The notes under the pieces: model-generated
What the model was told of the DNA's origin: nothing
The model's database searches: none
What the model saw: only the letters and a program-made list of their open reading frames with translations
Shown here: in pieces, positions 25,401-36,405 of the stretch
Layout of the letters: every line of letters begins with the position of its first letter
How positions within the stretch are numbered: position 1 is the first letter of the stretch
Program-made: the position numbers and the translations under genes
Source of the DNA: Marsupella aquatica
Lineage: Eukaryota > Plantae > Marchantiophyta
Length of the DNA stretch: 64,000 bases
Direction of reading: 5' to 3'
NCBI GenBank assembly: GCA_973895155.1
Contig: OZ316896.1
Coordinates: 15,748,576-15,812,575, forward strand

Positions 25401-25764
25401 TTTGTTGCGGGGCTTGCACCACTCTCTCTTTCTCCTCGTCCTCACTCTCATCTGCGTCTTCGAAGCGCAACCCATCTCCATCGCCATGCACGCCTTCCTT
25501 ATCCTCCACCACCTCTTCTACTTCCTCGTCATCCTCGTCGTCGTAATAATCCTCCTCATGGTCCGAATCCTCATCATCTCCATCGCCGGGTTGCGAGCGA
25601 GGATCATCCTCGGTAAATCCCGGGACGAAGCTGTTGCCTCCGTCGATTCGAGTAAATTGTCGAATGGGGACCGCAGCAGCGGCATCATCCTCCGCAGCAG
25701 TGTCGCGGAACACGAGAGTAAAGGTCGCCGATTTCTTCTTGTCTATGAATTTCTTCTTTCCCAT
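22415..25764 (-). CDS. LTV1: LTV1 homolog (40S ribosome biogenesis factor), 4 exons
   Basis: Motifs MGKKKFIDKKKSATF, ELGFPDDGYDYNQHMR, WDCETVVSTYSNLDNHPAKI, GETPEEKKARK and KENRREARLAKKSLK. Exons 25192-25764, 23967-24404, 22769-23401 and 22415-22546 are all phase 0 with GT-AG junctions. Confidence 0.93.
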
Positions 25765-25931
25765 TGCAGCGGAGTTGAATCACGCAAACGGTATCGATCG
25801 AAAAACACAGGGCAAAGAAATTTCTTCGCTCTGATGATTTTGCGGGAGACGTTCTTCAAAACCCTCGAGCCCAGAATTGAATTCCCGAACTCTGAGTGCT
25901 TTATTAGGGTTTCTCTGGCATTCCTTAATAT

Positions 25932-26280
25932 GGCAAGGTTGCATTGGCCCTCAAAGAGATCTGCCCAGTAACCTCCAAGGCAAGATCCCTTTAAACCACC
26001 AGTACCAATGACACGATAAAGAGTATCATTTCCTAAATTTGTGGAGCAATATGGAAAGGGAGAGGAGAAAAATGAGAGTAAAATGAAAAAATGGAGAAGT
26101 CTTGGACACTTCCCCTTTTATAGGAGTAGTGGCAGTTTAACCTCCAAGGCAATATTTGAGTCATTTGATAGTGAAAAATAACTCAATTAGCTGCTTTTTT
26201 AATAGTAGGGCAGGGTTGCATTGACCATCAAAGAGATAGACCCTTTAGCCTCCAAGGCAAGATTTGAATCATTTGATACT
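25932..26280. repeat. Dispersed direct repeats upstream of LTV1
   Basis: GGCA.GGTTGCATTG.CC.TCAAAGAGAT....CC......CCTCCAAGGCAAGAT at ~25932 and ~26208, plus a partial CCTCCAAGGCAA...TCATTTGATA at ~26141. Confidence 0.6.
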
Positions 26281-27606
26281 TAATTGGGTTTTTGGTCTTT
26301 GGGATCATGTCTCCCAGTTGAGCGCCTCTTGCTTTTTGGTAGTTTGATATACTAGCTCCCATTACCTGTTTCTTTGAACATCAATAAAGATGAGTACCAA
26401 AAAGTGCTTGAGACAAAATAGATGTGATAAAGCAATAAGAATAGTGGATCAAAAGAGAAAGGAAACCCCACTTGAGAGTATTTTTCGTCAAAAGGCAAAA
26501 CTTGATGGCAAAATGGTTCAAGTGCCAGAAAACCCTGAATTTTATTCAAATGGTGTAAACCCTAAGTGTTATATGGCTTGTCGACATGACATACAACAAA
26601 TGGAGGTTTGGAGTAGTGCTTCATGCCCAATTCATGATACGAGAAGTCAGCGGGCAGCGACAATGCAGAGCCGGGGACAACATTTTGTGAGTGCTGCAAG
26701 GTGGGTTTGCTCTTCTATTCTTGGCTGTCAGTCACTTATTCACCCCATCTCTTAGTGCACTTTCTTTTGTCTTCGTCTTTGGAATCCCTGCTGCGACACT
26801 GTCGTAGTAAGCGGAAGAGGTGATCAGGTCCCGGGTTTATCTTTTCCTGAGGTTGTGTATGAGCCGGGATCTGTATTCTGGGACACAGTAGTGTATGGGA
26901 GATTTCGGTCATGGTACGTAGTGGAATAAGATGGATTTGCTAACTGGGAGCTTGGATGAGCTTGGATTTACAGAGTTAGGCCTTTGAAAACATATTTAGC
27001 TTCTTCATCATTTCTTCCCCTAGTGTCACTGTGCACAAAATAATCCACGGAGAAATCGCTGTCTTCTATGAGGAAGTGAGGATTGGTGACAATATGGGAT
27101 ACTTTAGGAACGTTTGTGAACGTTCGCTGGTGTAGCGATCACCCGGGAAGATGTGTTTTATAGCTAGAGTTTCCGATTCTCCACTACGTTGCTGACCCTT
27201 TCCTCGGCATGCTTCATCTTGCAGAAGATCTGCTCTTCAACAAGTGAACAAGTGAGTATGGGGTTCCCTTCTAGCGTACTAATAAGGCGGTAATCGTAGT
27301 AGGCGTGACTATCGAATAATTTCAGGGCTCTGAAGAGTCACCCGGGGCAGAGAAGAATGTTTTTGAACATCGTGAGATAGTGTTTCAAGCAAGATCCTTC
27401 GGCTCTGCCATGGGTGACAGCGAGCACATGTGTATGTAGACGAATTCCCGATTCGTTCAACAGTGCGATGGGAAGTGGCAGGTTACTCCAGTATCTATGT
27501 GCACTACGAACCCTCCTGTCCGAATAGTTCACTGCTGAATTGGCCCTGGATAGATTGGATTATTCAATTCCCCAGTTCCAAAGATTCCGTCCACTGCCGG
27601 TAGATT

Positions 27607-29135
27607 TTATCCATCGAGCAGCAGACAGTAGAGTCGCTAGCAGACATAATTGTATTGTACTAACTAGGAAGCATGTGAAGAAGTAGTGTTCACGACCTCA
27701 TACTCTCGAATTACAGCATTTGAGGTGAACTGTAACTCTCCGTCCATTTGTACTATGTTTGAGATCGTAGCAGTTGACCCCGAGCGTTTGTCCTTAACGC
27801 AATTAGCAGACAGATGCTCTTTTGTTGGTCTGATTGGGAGTTGAGATTGCAGAATGCAGCAGGTCGAAACTGGTGCGAAATTATGGATCGAAGGATACCA
27901 GGTTTGGAGTCGAGGCGATTCGAGGGCTCTTACACTCCAAAGTGATGAGGAATTACCGGATGCTGAGAAGGATACCACGGGCCCAAAGCTATAGAAGACA
28001 GCTGCTTAACGTAAACATTGTCCGCCCCTCATAAAATTATGTCTAGGTGTGTCGTAGGTGCGCGACATCCTTGTACTAGTCACTCATTGCTGTGTGAATC
28101 TGTAACTCTTTTCCAAGGTCGAAATATGGTTACAGAGCAAAGTTTTGGTTATCGTAAAGTTGGTAGGGATGGTGTGACGGTGGCAGAGGCCTTTGCAAAC
28201 TTGCCTACGGATCCTGGTCCTCCTATTTAACCCTCACTGAAATTCCCGTCGTTCTTTCTTCTGTTAAGTATAGATAAATGCGATGTTGGAGGACGGAAAG
28301 AATCTTTACAACGAACTAGAAGTAGTGGAAGGCACGAAGCTTGACCAAGGTTATATAGCTCCTTATTTTATTTCAGTTGTTAAGTTCCCAAAAGTTGAAA
28401 GTTTGAAGGACTTGGAGCATGACAGCTTTTGATTTTGGCTTGCTACAGTGTGTTAGCAACACATGTCAAATGATTTGGACAGATGCCTGCGTACATCGTA
28501 GCACAAAATGCTGGAGTGGAAGGAGCAGTTGTGGTGGGCAAGCTTCTGGAGCGGCAGAGCCTAGAGATTGGCAAGATGTGTGTGGCATTTCTATGTCTTA
28601 CTACAAATGATTTCTTCATGTTCTGTTATGATTGGAGATGCAGCAGTTGAAAATAACGAGCCGTTGCAGCACTGGCATTGTTGAATTAATTAAGCAATTA
28701 CAGTCTGATGAATTTAGTTTTGCCCCTTTCAAGCGGCGTGGTTGGTGTAAAATCTAGAAGGATTCTGCTTTCACTAAAATTGTTTGTAATTGAAATACAA
28801 ATTCTGGTGTACCTTGAGTTGTGCAGCATCCAAAAATTTGGGAAAAGGCTCTAATACAAACATGCGGAAGTCCTAGTAGAGAAGGGAAAACCTTTAGAAG
28901 AGAGCTCAACTCTGTCCTAGTTAGGTGGATTTGCTTTAGTGAGAATGTAATTTTGGGGGAGTTATCCCTACCTTGGTTTGATGTGGATGAGTCAACTCTT
29001 CTTGATGCCTAACGTTGGATTTGTTCTCGTATTTGGTTTTTACACTCTCAGGTGTAGATGTGGATATGGCCAACGCTGGCATCATTGATCCAGTGATCAC
29101 CGAGTTGCCAAACAATGATTCCCCTGCATTTCCAT
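27607..29135 (+). pseudogene. HSP60: Collapsed mitochondrial chaperonin HSP60 (CPN60) pseudogene with intron relics
   Basis: Collinear fragments: RNYGSKDTRFGVEA/RALTLQSDEELPDAEKDTTGPK (~27875-27988), GRNMVTEQSFGYRKVGRDGVTVA (~28117), [27 protein letters not shown] (~28292), MPAYIVAQNAGVEGAVVVGKLLE (~28483) and DMANAGIIDP/VITELP (~29060). A possible presequence relic (HRAADSRVASR) lies at ~27610. Most fragments follow an AG acceptor; frameshifts and large deletions are present. Confidence 0.88.
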
Positions 29136-29565
29136 ACGGCCAGGACTGCAAAGTGTACTGGAGTGTGAACGAGCATATAGATTATTTAGCTACCTGGATA
29201 TGCCTCTCACAATTATTTCCGTATATTCTGAGACCATTGCATTCTTGACAGATCGCCGTTACTCTCAATTGAAACCGAGTTACATCGCTTTTGCACGTTT
29301 TCCGTACGAAATATAGCAGCAGATCACGGGAGACAAGAAAATATATCTTTGGACGGAGGTAGGGTCCAAGCCCAAGAACCAGGGACTTACCGGTCTGCTT
29401 TCCTGTTGTTAGCGTTTGATTGTAGAAATATGATCTTGACTGCAGAAACAAATCAAAAACAATTCATTGCACCTAGTGGAGTCGCTTGCATTTTGTGCTG
29501 GTCGATCTGATCGTGGGTTGTGGTGCTCACAGAGGAAGCCCAGAACACCTGGCTTTAATCATAAG

Positions 29566-32500
29566 ATGACAAGGAAAGCACTTTGGGTGGATGGCTGCTC
29601 CACTCCAGCATGGACGAAGGCAAGGCTCAAATTGATTACTCAAGGCAGATTGGAATCTCGTGCATATGGAATTTTGGGCCCCGTCATCCGGCAGATGTCT
29701 GGCGTGGCAAAAATTTACAGCCCGTGCCTACAGCGGGTGCAGCACGAGCTCGACACATTTCGTGATCAGTGGAGGCTTCAGAAGAAGGTTGTCGAGCTGT
29801 ATGGGAGGGAAGTTCAATCAGCACAGCCTGAATACAACGGGGAAGCTGAAGCCCGCGCTGGTTTTCAAAGTGTAACGGGGCATGACAACCATGTAGCACA
29901 GCTGGAGGCACCATCCCCTCAAACTCGTCCAGGAGCTGCCAAGTGGAGGGAAGCTGCAAAGGTGATCGAGCAGAAGCGGAACCAGTGGAGGCTTCAGAAG
30001 AATGCTGCCGTGTATGGGAGGGAAGCTCAATCAGCACAGCCTGAATACAACGGGGAAGCTGAAGCCCGCGCTGGTTTTCAAAGTATAACGGGGCATGACA
30101 ACCATATTGCACAGCTGGAGGCACCATCCCCTCAAACTCGCCCAGGAGCTGCCAAGTGGAGGGAAGCTGCAAAGATGATCGAGCATAAGCGGAACCCTTC
30201 ACCTAAAATCGTTGGTGGGATTGAATCACGTCAAGAGAACACTGACAGCTTGAAAGTGCAACTCGAACGAACAGGTGACATAAAATCGAAATTAACCAGA
30301 TGTATAACAGCGGATGGTGTACAAGATATTAGAGAGCCGGAACCTCTATCCAGGGAGGAAGAGGAGCAATCTTCAGCTATCTGTGAACAAGCGGTGACTG
30401 AGAATTTAGGAAGGCAACACCTGATAACCGAGGAGCTGCTCAGGAAAGAAAATTGGAGGGAGGCAGGGCTCGATTTGATTGGCCAAAGCGGATTGCGATC
30501 TCTTTCCAATTGTGGCAGCAGAGATTGGTCTCGAAACAATGCACAACGGAATGGCAGTAGTGACATGCATAGCGCGGGGACCACGAGTCAAGCAGTTACT
30601 GTGTTGCAAAATCGTCTACAACGAGGCATTACTACGAACTCGTACACATATGTGAAAGTTCTGCAGATGTGCTCGAAACACAAAGACCTTTTAGCCGCGA
30701 AGCAGGTGCAACACCACATCGTCCAGAGTGGAATGGATAAGAATGAATATGTGGCGGTAACCCTCCTGAATGTGTATATCAAATGTGGGGCATTGTTGGA
30801 TGCCCGCCGAGTTTTTGATCAACTTGACAAGAAAAGTGTTATTACTTGGAACAACATGATTGCAGGATATGCTAAGAATGATCATGCTGAATCTGCACTA
30901 AAGCTTTTCAATCAAATGCGCCAAGAAGGCGTACAGCCTAATGAGAACACATATCTGAGCATCCTGAAGGCATGTGCCTACCCGTCAGCTCTAAAATGGG
31001 GAAAGGAAGTTCATGTGTATATTCGACAGACTGGCTTTGAATCAGATGTGCGTGTAGGGACTGCCCTCCTACTGATGTATGCAAAGAGTGGCAGTATCGA
31101 TGACGCCCGACTAGTTTTTGACAGAATGGAGAAACGTGATGGAGTGACATGGAATGCGATGCTTAGAGCATACGCAGAAACTGGTCATGGTGTGGAAGCA
31201 TATCGACTATTCCTCCAAATGAGACGGGAAGGATTCGAACCAGATGCAATCACTTATCTGAGCATCCTGAATGCATCTGCAAGTGAGGGTGCTTTGGAGT
31301 GGGTGAAGGAGATTCATGGCCACGCTAGCAAAGCCGGACTGGAGTCGGATTTGCGTGTGGGCAATGCACTCGTTCACATGTATGCAAAGAGTGGCAGTAT
31401 AGATAATGCTCGACTGGTTTTTGACAGAATGGAGAAACGCGATGTAATCACATGGAATGTAATGATAGGAGGACTTGCACAAGATGGATGTGGGCATGAA
31501 GCATATCGATTGTTTCTCCAAATGAGAAGGGAAGGCTTTGAACCAGATGCATTCACTTATGTGAGTATTCTGAGTGCATCTGCTAGTGCGGGGGCTTTGC
31601 AGTGGGTGAAGGAGGTTCATGGCCACGCTAGCAAAGCCGGACTTGAGTCGAAGTTGCGTGTGGGCAGTGCACTCGTTCACATGTATACCAAGAGTGGCAG
31701 TATAGATGATGCCCGACTGGTTTTCGACAAAATGGAGAAACGTGACGTTGTAACATGGAATACCATGATTGGGGGACTTGCACAACATGGATGTGGGTAT
31801 GAAGCATATCGATTGTTTCTCCAAATGAGACTGGAAGGCTTCGAACCAGATGCAATCACTTATCTGAGCATCCTGAATGCATCTGCAAGTGCGCGAGCTT
31901 TGGAGTGGGTGAAGGAGGTTCATGGCCACGCTAGCAAAGCCGGACTGGAGTCGGATTTGCGTGTGGGCAATGCACTGGTTCACATGTATGCGAAGACTGG
32001 GAGTATAGATGATGCCCGCCTGGTGTTCGACAGAATGGAGAAACGCGATGTAGTCACATGGAATGTAATGATAGGAGGACTTGCACAAGATGGATGTGGG
32101 CATGAAGCATATCGGTTGTTTCTCCAAATGAGACGGGAAGGCTTTGAACCAGATGCATTCACTTATGTGAGTATTCTGAATGCATCTGCAAGTGCGGGGG
32201 CTTTGGAGTGGGTGAAGGAGGTTCATGGCCACGCTAGCAAAGCCGGACTGGAGTCGGATTTGCGTGTGGGCAATGCACTCGTGCACATGTATGCCAAGAG
32301 TGGCAGTATAGATGACGCCCAACAAGTTTTTGACAAACTCGGGAAACGCGATGTAATCACATGGAACGTAATGATCGGTGGACTTGCACAACACGGACTT
32401 GGGCATAAAGCCCTGGAACTTTTCCGGCAAATGAATGCAGACCATGTGAAGCCCACCGAGACGTCATTCATAGCTGTGTTGTCAGCGTGTTCTCATGGAG

Positions 32501-33276
32501 GCCTTGTTGATGATGGCCGTAGAATCTTTTCAGCTATGACGAAAGATTATGGTATCGAGCGTACTGTTGTTCACTATAACCTCATGGTGGATATTCTTGG
32601 GCGGGCGGGACACTTGGAGGAAGCAAAGCAGTTCATCAGTAAGATGCCGATCGAACCAGATGATGTGACTTGGACAGCCTTGCTTGGGGCTTGTAGAACT
32701 TACGGTAACGTGGAGCTGGGTGAACGGGCCGCTAACGAGCTTTTCAAGTTGGCACCCGGTAAGGCCTCTACATATGTGCTGCTCTCCAATATCTATGCAG
32801 CAGCTGGGAAGTGGGAGAAGGTGTCATCTGTGCGCACTATGATGCAAGAGAGAGGTGTTCGGAAGGAACCAGGACGTTGCTGGATTGATGTTGATAACAA
32901 GATCCATGAATTTGTTGTGGGGGATACATCTCACCCAGAAGCGGAGGCGATCTATTCTGAGCTGAGTAAATTGAGTGAAAAACTGAAGGCTGAAGGCTAC
33001 ATTCCGGATACCAAGCTTGTGGTGCATGATATTAATGAGGAGGATAAAGAGCTAGCTCTTTGCTCGCATAGTGAGAAGTTGGCTATTGTTTACGGACTCA
33101 TGCACCTACCTTTGGGAGAACCAATTCGTGTAAATAAGAACCTTCGGGTGTGTTCAGATTGCCACTCAGCAACCAAGTATATCTCTAGGGTGACAGGACG
33201 CGAGATTATTGCGAGGGATGCAAATCGGTTCCACCATTTCAAAGATGGAATGTGTTCTTGTGGTGATTACTGGTGA
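29566..33276 (+). CDS. PLS-class pentatricopeptide repeat protein with E1/E2 and DYW deaminase domain (organellar C-to-U RNA editing factor)
   Basis: Single open frame 29467-33276 (first ATG 29566; possible acceptor ~29531). Contains 20 PPR motifs L-S-(P-L-S)5-P2-L2-S2, then E1, E2, PG box (EPGRCWIDV), HSEKLA, CSDCH and terminal CSCGDYW. The true start may lie in an upstream exon. Confidence 0.96.
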   Translation: MTRKALWVDGCSTPAWTKARLKLITQGRLESRAYGILGPVIRQMSGVAKIYSPCLQRVQHELDTFRDQWRLQKKVVELYGREVQSAQPEYNGEAEARAGFQSVTGHDNHVAQLEAPSPQTRPGAAKWREAAKVIEQKRNQWRLQKNAAVYGREAQSAQPEYNGEAEARAGFQSITGHDNHIAQLEAPSPQTRPGAAKWREAAKMIEHKRNPSPKIVGGIESRQENTDSLKVQLERTGDIKSKLTRCITADGVQDIREPEPLSREEEEQSSAICEQAVTENLGRQHLITEELLRKENWREAGLDLIGQSGLRSLSNCGSRDWSRNNAQRNGSSDMHSAGTTSQAVTVLQNRLQRGITTNSYTYVKVLQMCSKHKDLLAAKQVQHHIVQSGMDKNEYVAVTLLNVYIKCGALLDARRVFDQLDKKSVITWNNMIAGYAKNDHAESALKLFNQMRQEGVQPNENTYLSILKACAYPSALKWGKEVHVYIRQTGFESDVRVGTALLLMYAKSGSIDDARLVFDRMEKRDGVTWNAMLRAYAETGHGVEAYRLFLQMRREGFEPDAITYLSILNASASEGALEWVKEIHGHASKAGLESDLRVGNALVHMYAKSGSIDNARLVFDRMEKRDVITWNVMIGGLAQDGCGHEAYRLFLQMRREGFEPDAFTYVSILSASASAGALQWVKEVHGHASKAGLESKLRVGSALVHMYTKSGSIDDARLVFDKMEKRDVVTWNTMIGGLAQHGCGYEAYRLFLQMRLEGFEPDAITYLSILNASASARALEWVKEVHGHASKAGLESDLRVGNALVHMYAKTGSIDDARLVFDRMEKRDVVTWNVMIGGLAQDGCGHEAYRLFLQMRREGFEPDAFTYVSILNASASAGALEWVKEVHGHASKAGLESDLRVGNALVHMYAKSGSIDDAQQVFDKLGKRDVITWNVMIGGLAQHGLGHKALELFRQMNADHVKPTETSFIAVLSACSHGGLVDDGRRIFSAMTKDYGIERTVVHYNLMVDILGRAGHLEEAKQFISKMPIEPDDVTWTALLGACRTYGNVELGERAANELFKLAPGKASTYVLLSNIYAAAGKWEKVSSVRTMMQERGVRKEPGRCWIDVDNKIHEFVVGDTSHPEAEAIYSELSKLSEKLKAEGYIPDTKLVVHDINEEDKELALCSHSEKLAIVYGLMHLPLGEPIRVNKNLRVCSDCHSATKYISRVTGREIIARDANRFHHFKDGMCSCGDYW
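29767..30195 (+). repeat. In-frame tandem duplication (216-bp/72-aa unit) in the PPR N-terminal extension
   Basis: QWRLQK...GRE.QSAQPEYNGEAEARAGFQS.TGHDNH.AQLEAPSPQTRPGAAKWREAAK.IE.KRN starts at 29767 and 29983; near-identical at DNA level. Confidence 0.95.
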
Positions 33277-34821
33277 ACCCAGCTGTGTTGGCTGGCTGGA
33301 AAGTGATCTAAAGCAGTACTCACTGGCAGCGCAGGTACAATCAGGTGTTCGTTGCTGCAATTCTGTAACATTAATTTTGAGATTCTGCAATTTGGGGTTG
33401 TAACTAGCCCTCTTCTGGCTGAAAGACGTTTTCATGTAAGAGAAATGTTAAGGGGATTTACTTTTGAGAGTCGAAATCATAGATGCGTGAAATCAAGCTC
33501 TTGGCCCGCCATGTAGAAAGTTCGTTTGATATCTTCGTTACATTTTGTTGTTAGATTAGAAGAAGGGTTCGCATACAGTAGCTGCCTTGCCATGAACATA
33601 GTACTGGACGGGAACTTACTTTGCTGACACGAGACATCAAGGACATGAAGATAAAATTCGCCGATGACAACCTCCACCAGCATAAAACTTTAAGCAATTA
33701 GTTCAGACTTGCAGAGAAAGCCCTGAACTCAACCAAAGATATGAAGTTTCATCTGCAACTCAACTGTTCTGAGCTTCGCAGATTCAAAAGATAAGGTCGT
33801 GAAAGGCGCTCTAAAGCATGTTAACTACTCCGGGTTTTGGGAAGGAGGAAGTCCTGAAATTATGCGAGAATGAGAATGATGCACTGTACACTGCTATCCT
33901 CTAGGATCATCGGACAAGGGCAGGAAAGTGGGCTGTATTTGCAGTAGAAATTTTGCTACGTTGATGGCATGATTGAAATCTGAAAGCTCATAGACGGTGC
34001 ACGTGAACGGAGAAGGGAGCATAGTTCTGCATGGAATAGTGGATGAGCATGTGGCTGTTGCTTCTGCCGGGCCCATGCCTACTTCAAGAAAATCGATTCA
34101 TCTTGGGGAAGGTCTTAAGAGGGAGATTAATCTGTTATCTCTTCTTTTTGGTTTGAATTTGCTTGGGTGAGATTGATGTCGAAGACGTCTGGTGGAAGAA
34201 CACCATTCTTCCTTTGAGCTAACGTAACAGCATTCAGGCAGCAATCAATCATGAACTGTAATTTGTGCATCTTCTTGACAGTAGAATGCCAATGTGACTT
34301 GTGAATTGTTTTCCTCAATTGTTGGCAGTCAAAAGTCACCCAATGAGGTATTGTATGATGCAAGCAAACAGGAAATTTCACTAGCAAGAGTGGGAGTGGC
34401 GGGCAATACCCTACTGCAACTGAAAATCCACTGGATTGCTCTGAGTCCAACCTGCCCACTTCTCATCTTTTTGTGGTGAAGTCTCCACTGTTGCCTCAAA
34501 CTCACGTCCCATCTGGTTTTGGTTGGTGTTGCTGTTGTAGGATACTTGACTCATTAAGCCTACCTAGCCTTCTTTGGTGCCCCATAGGCCTTAGCATTAC
34601 CTCCTACCTTTCCATTCATTGTGTACCAAGGTGATTCACCTCCAAGAACGATCTCCTTTGTCCAATCTACAGTGGCCCTGATGGCTTCCAATGCTTGAAC
34701 ACCTCTAGATGGCCTCCCTTATGCCCGCTGCACTGCCCTTGCACAATAATAGCTGGTCAAGTTGTGTGTGAGTCCAGAGGAAGGTTCATATCTTCTGGTC
34801 ACTCTGCATGCATAAAGACTT

Positions 34822-34960
34822 TTGTGATTTTTCTCTTTGTATTTTTGAGTGCATTAATTTTTCATTTGATTTTTCTCTTTGTCTTTTGTGATTTTTCTCT
34901 TTGTATTTTTGAGTGCATTAATTTTCTATTTGATTTTTCTCTTTGTTTTTTGAGTAAATT
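34822..34960. repeat. T-rich tandem repeats (TGATTTTTCTCTTTG units)
   Basis: At least 4 copies of TGATTTTTCTCTTTG and 2 copies of TATTTTTGAGTGCATTAATTTT. Confidence 0.8.
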
Positions 34961-35224
34961 AATTTCCCATAGAGCCTCCTTTCTTTTGAGGAGAGCATTA
35001 TGTGAAGTATCATAAAAATAGTAAAGATAAAACCCAAATATAATGTTACCAAATAAAATAACATAATAACTTGTATCAAAATCACAAGATTTGTTTTTAA
35101 CATCTTTCATGCCTTTGGTCAATTGTAGGCCTTTCACTTGGATTTTTTATTTAGAGATTCACTTTTTCTTCTTTGTTACCAAAAAATCACTCAAGTTTTT
35201 ACACACATTAATGTCCTAGTTTCT

Positions 35225-35298
35225 GGCATTATGAGAATAATGCCCTCAAAACTTGGGCCGTGGCCCTCATTTTTTAGGGCATTATATCTCATAGTGCC
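35225..35298. repeat. Nested palindrome / hairpin
   Basis: Outer arms GGCATTATGAGAATAATGCCCTCAAAA and TTTTTAGGGCATTATATCTCATAGTGCC; centre GGGCC-GT-GGCCC. The left arm is itself palindromic (GGCATTAT-GAGA-ATAATGCC). Confidence 0.8.
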
Positions 35299-35418
35299 CT
35301 CTAACCAGGACATTATCCTATTCAATGAGGCTGGTCTTTAGGCCATTTCAGGGTGTTTGCGGAGCGTTGTGCACGGTCTCTTGCATGCGGTGTCGAGTCT
35401 TCACATTTAAGAATTTGG

Positions 35419-35660
35419 ACTCCCATAGCATTTTTGTTTAAACATTAAGGCTCCCATGGAATTGATATTAAAACTTTTAAACTCGGCTAGTATTGATTAC
35501 CTGGGGGCAATGTTAGACTCCCATAACATTTTTGTTATGTCGTTTAAGCACCACTTGCATCAAAGGTGACTCACCTACTTGCATTCTTAGACTCCCATGA
35601 TATTTCTGGTTAAACTTTTTATCTCCTGTAACTTTGATGTTGAAACTTTCAAACTCCGCT
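35419..35660. repeat. Degenerate direct repeats (GACTCCCAT..CATTTTTGTT and AAACTTT.AAACTC.GCTAG)
   Basis: First motif at ~35419, ~35517 and ~35590; second motif at ~35471 and ~35643. Confidence 0.65.
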
Positions 35661-35868
35661 AGCATCCAAAGGTCACCATTTTAGTCAGAAGCGACATACA
35701 AAGGAGACAAAGCTTGGTGATTAGAACTAATTAAATGTGGATCAGTCGGGAGCCGGGATATATACTGTAGCGAACTCAATGCCAATCTACACACATCTAA
35801 TCCAATCACCATTTAGCACTGCTAACATCAATCACCACCCTTGCAACCAACTCAACTCATCGTCACTC

Positions 35869-36405
35869 ATGGCCCCATCATCGCAGCACACCCACAATGC
35901 CAAGGCGCATGGCCTTCTTGAATTCCTGCCGCCTTTAATCTGCTTTCTCAATGTGCTCATCGCCTTGGATTCCCCTTCAGCACTGCATCCATGGCTGCGG
36001 AATTCATACCTTGTTACTCACCTCCATCTACATTTTGATTCCATTCCCCATAGGACCCAAATCGCCTTCACTATCCGACCCACCATACACTACTCTCATG
36101 TAGAGCCTCCATTTGACGTCTATTACAGATGTACTTCACATTCAGAATCACAACGCTGGTGTTTTGGTCCGGAATCAGTGTGCCCGGGTGTTTTGGTTCT
36201 TCCTTCCCTGTTCACAGACAAACATCAAATGAATCTCAGGGTTAGTTGTTATCTGGGCGAAAGTGCATCCAAAATGAGAAGTAAACATAAATTTTTACAT
36301 GGTCACAATAGTGTGATATGCAATGCAATGGTTGGCAGTCAGATTTTTACAATAGATGTTACTATAGAGGTTGTGTATGACATAAGTATAGCAGTGGAGC
36401 TCTAG
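35869..36405 (+). CDS. Orphan intronless ORF, unknown product
   Basis: Open frame 35737-36405 (222 codons) with TATATA at ~35759. No family recognised. Confidence 0.25.
   Translation: MAPSSQHTHNAKAHGLLEFLPPLICFLNVLIALDSPSALHPWLRNSYLVTHLHLHFDSIPHRTQIAFTIRPTIHYSHVEPPFDVYYRCTSHSESQRWCFGPESVCPGVLVLPSLFTDKHQMNLRVSCYLGESASKMRSKHKFLHGHNSVICNAMVGSQIFTIDVTIEVVYDISIAVEL

Noticed and set aside
25051-25971. 306-aa plus-strand ORF
   Set aside because: Antisense to GC-rich, acidic LTV1 exon 1; the hydrophobic runs are the complement of GAN codons.
26380-26580. Possible gag zinc-knuckle relic (KDEYQK..LRQNRC..)
   Set aside because: The CCHC residues are not preserved and no other retroelement feature is adjacent; too weak to call.
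31207-32445. 412-aa minus-strand ORF with repeats
   Set aside because: Antisense shadow of the repetitive PPR array; its periodicity mirrors the PLS triplets.
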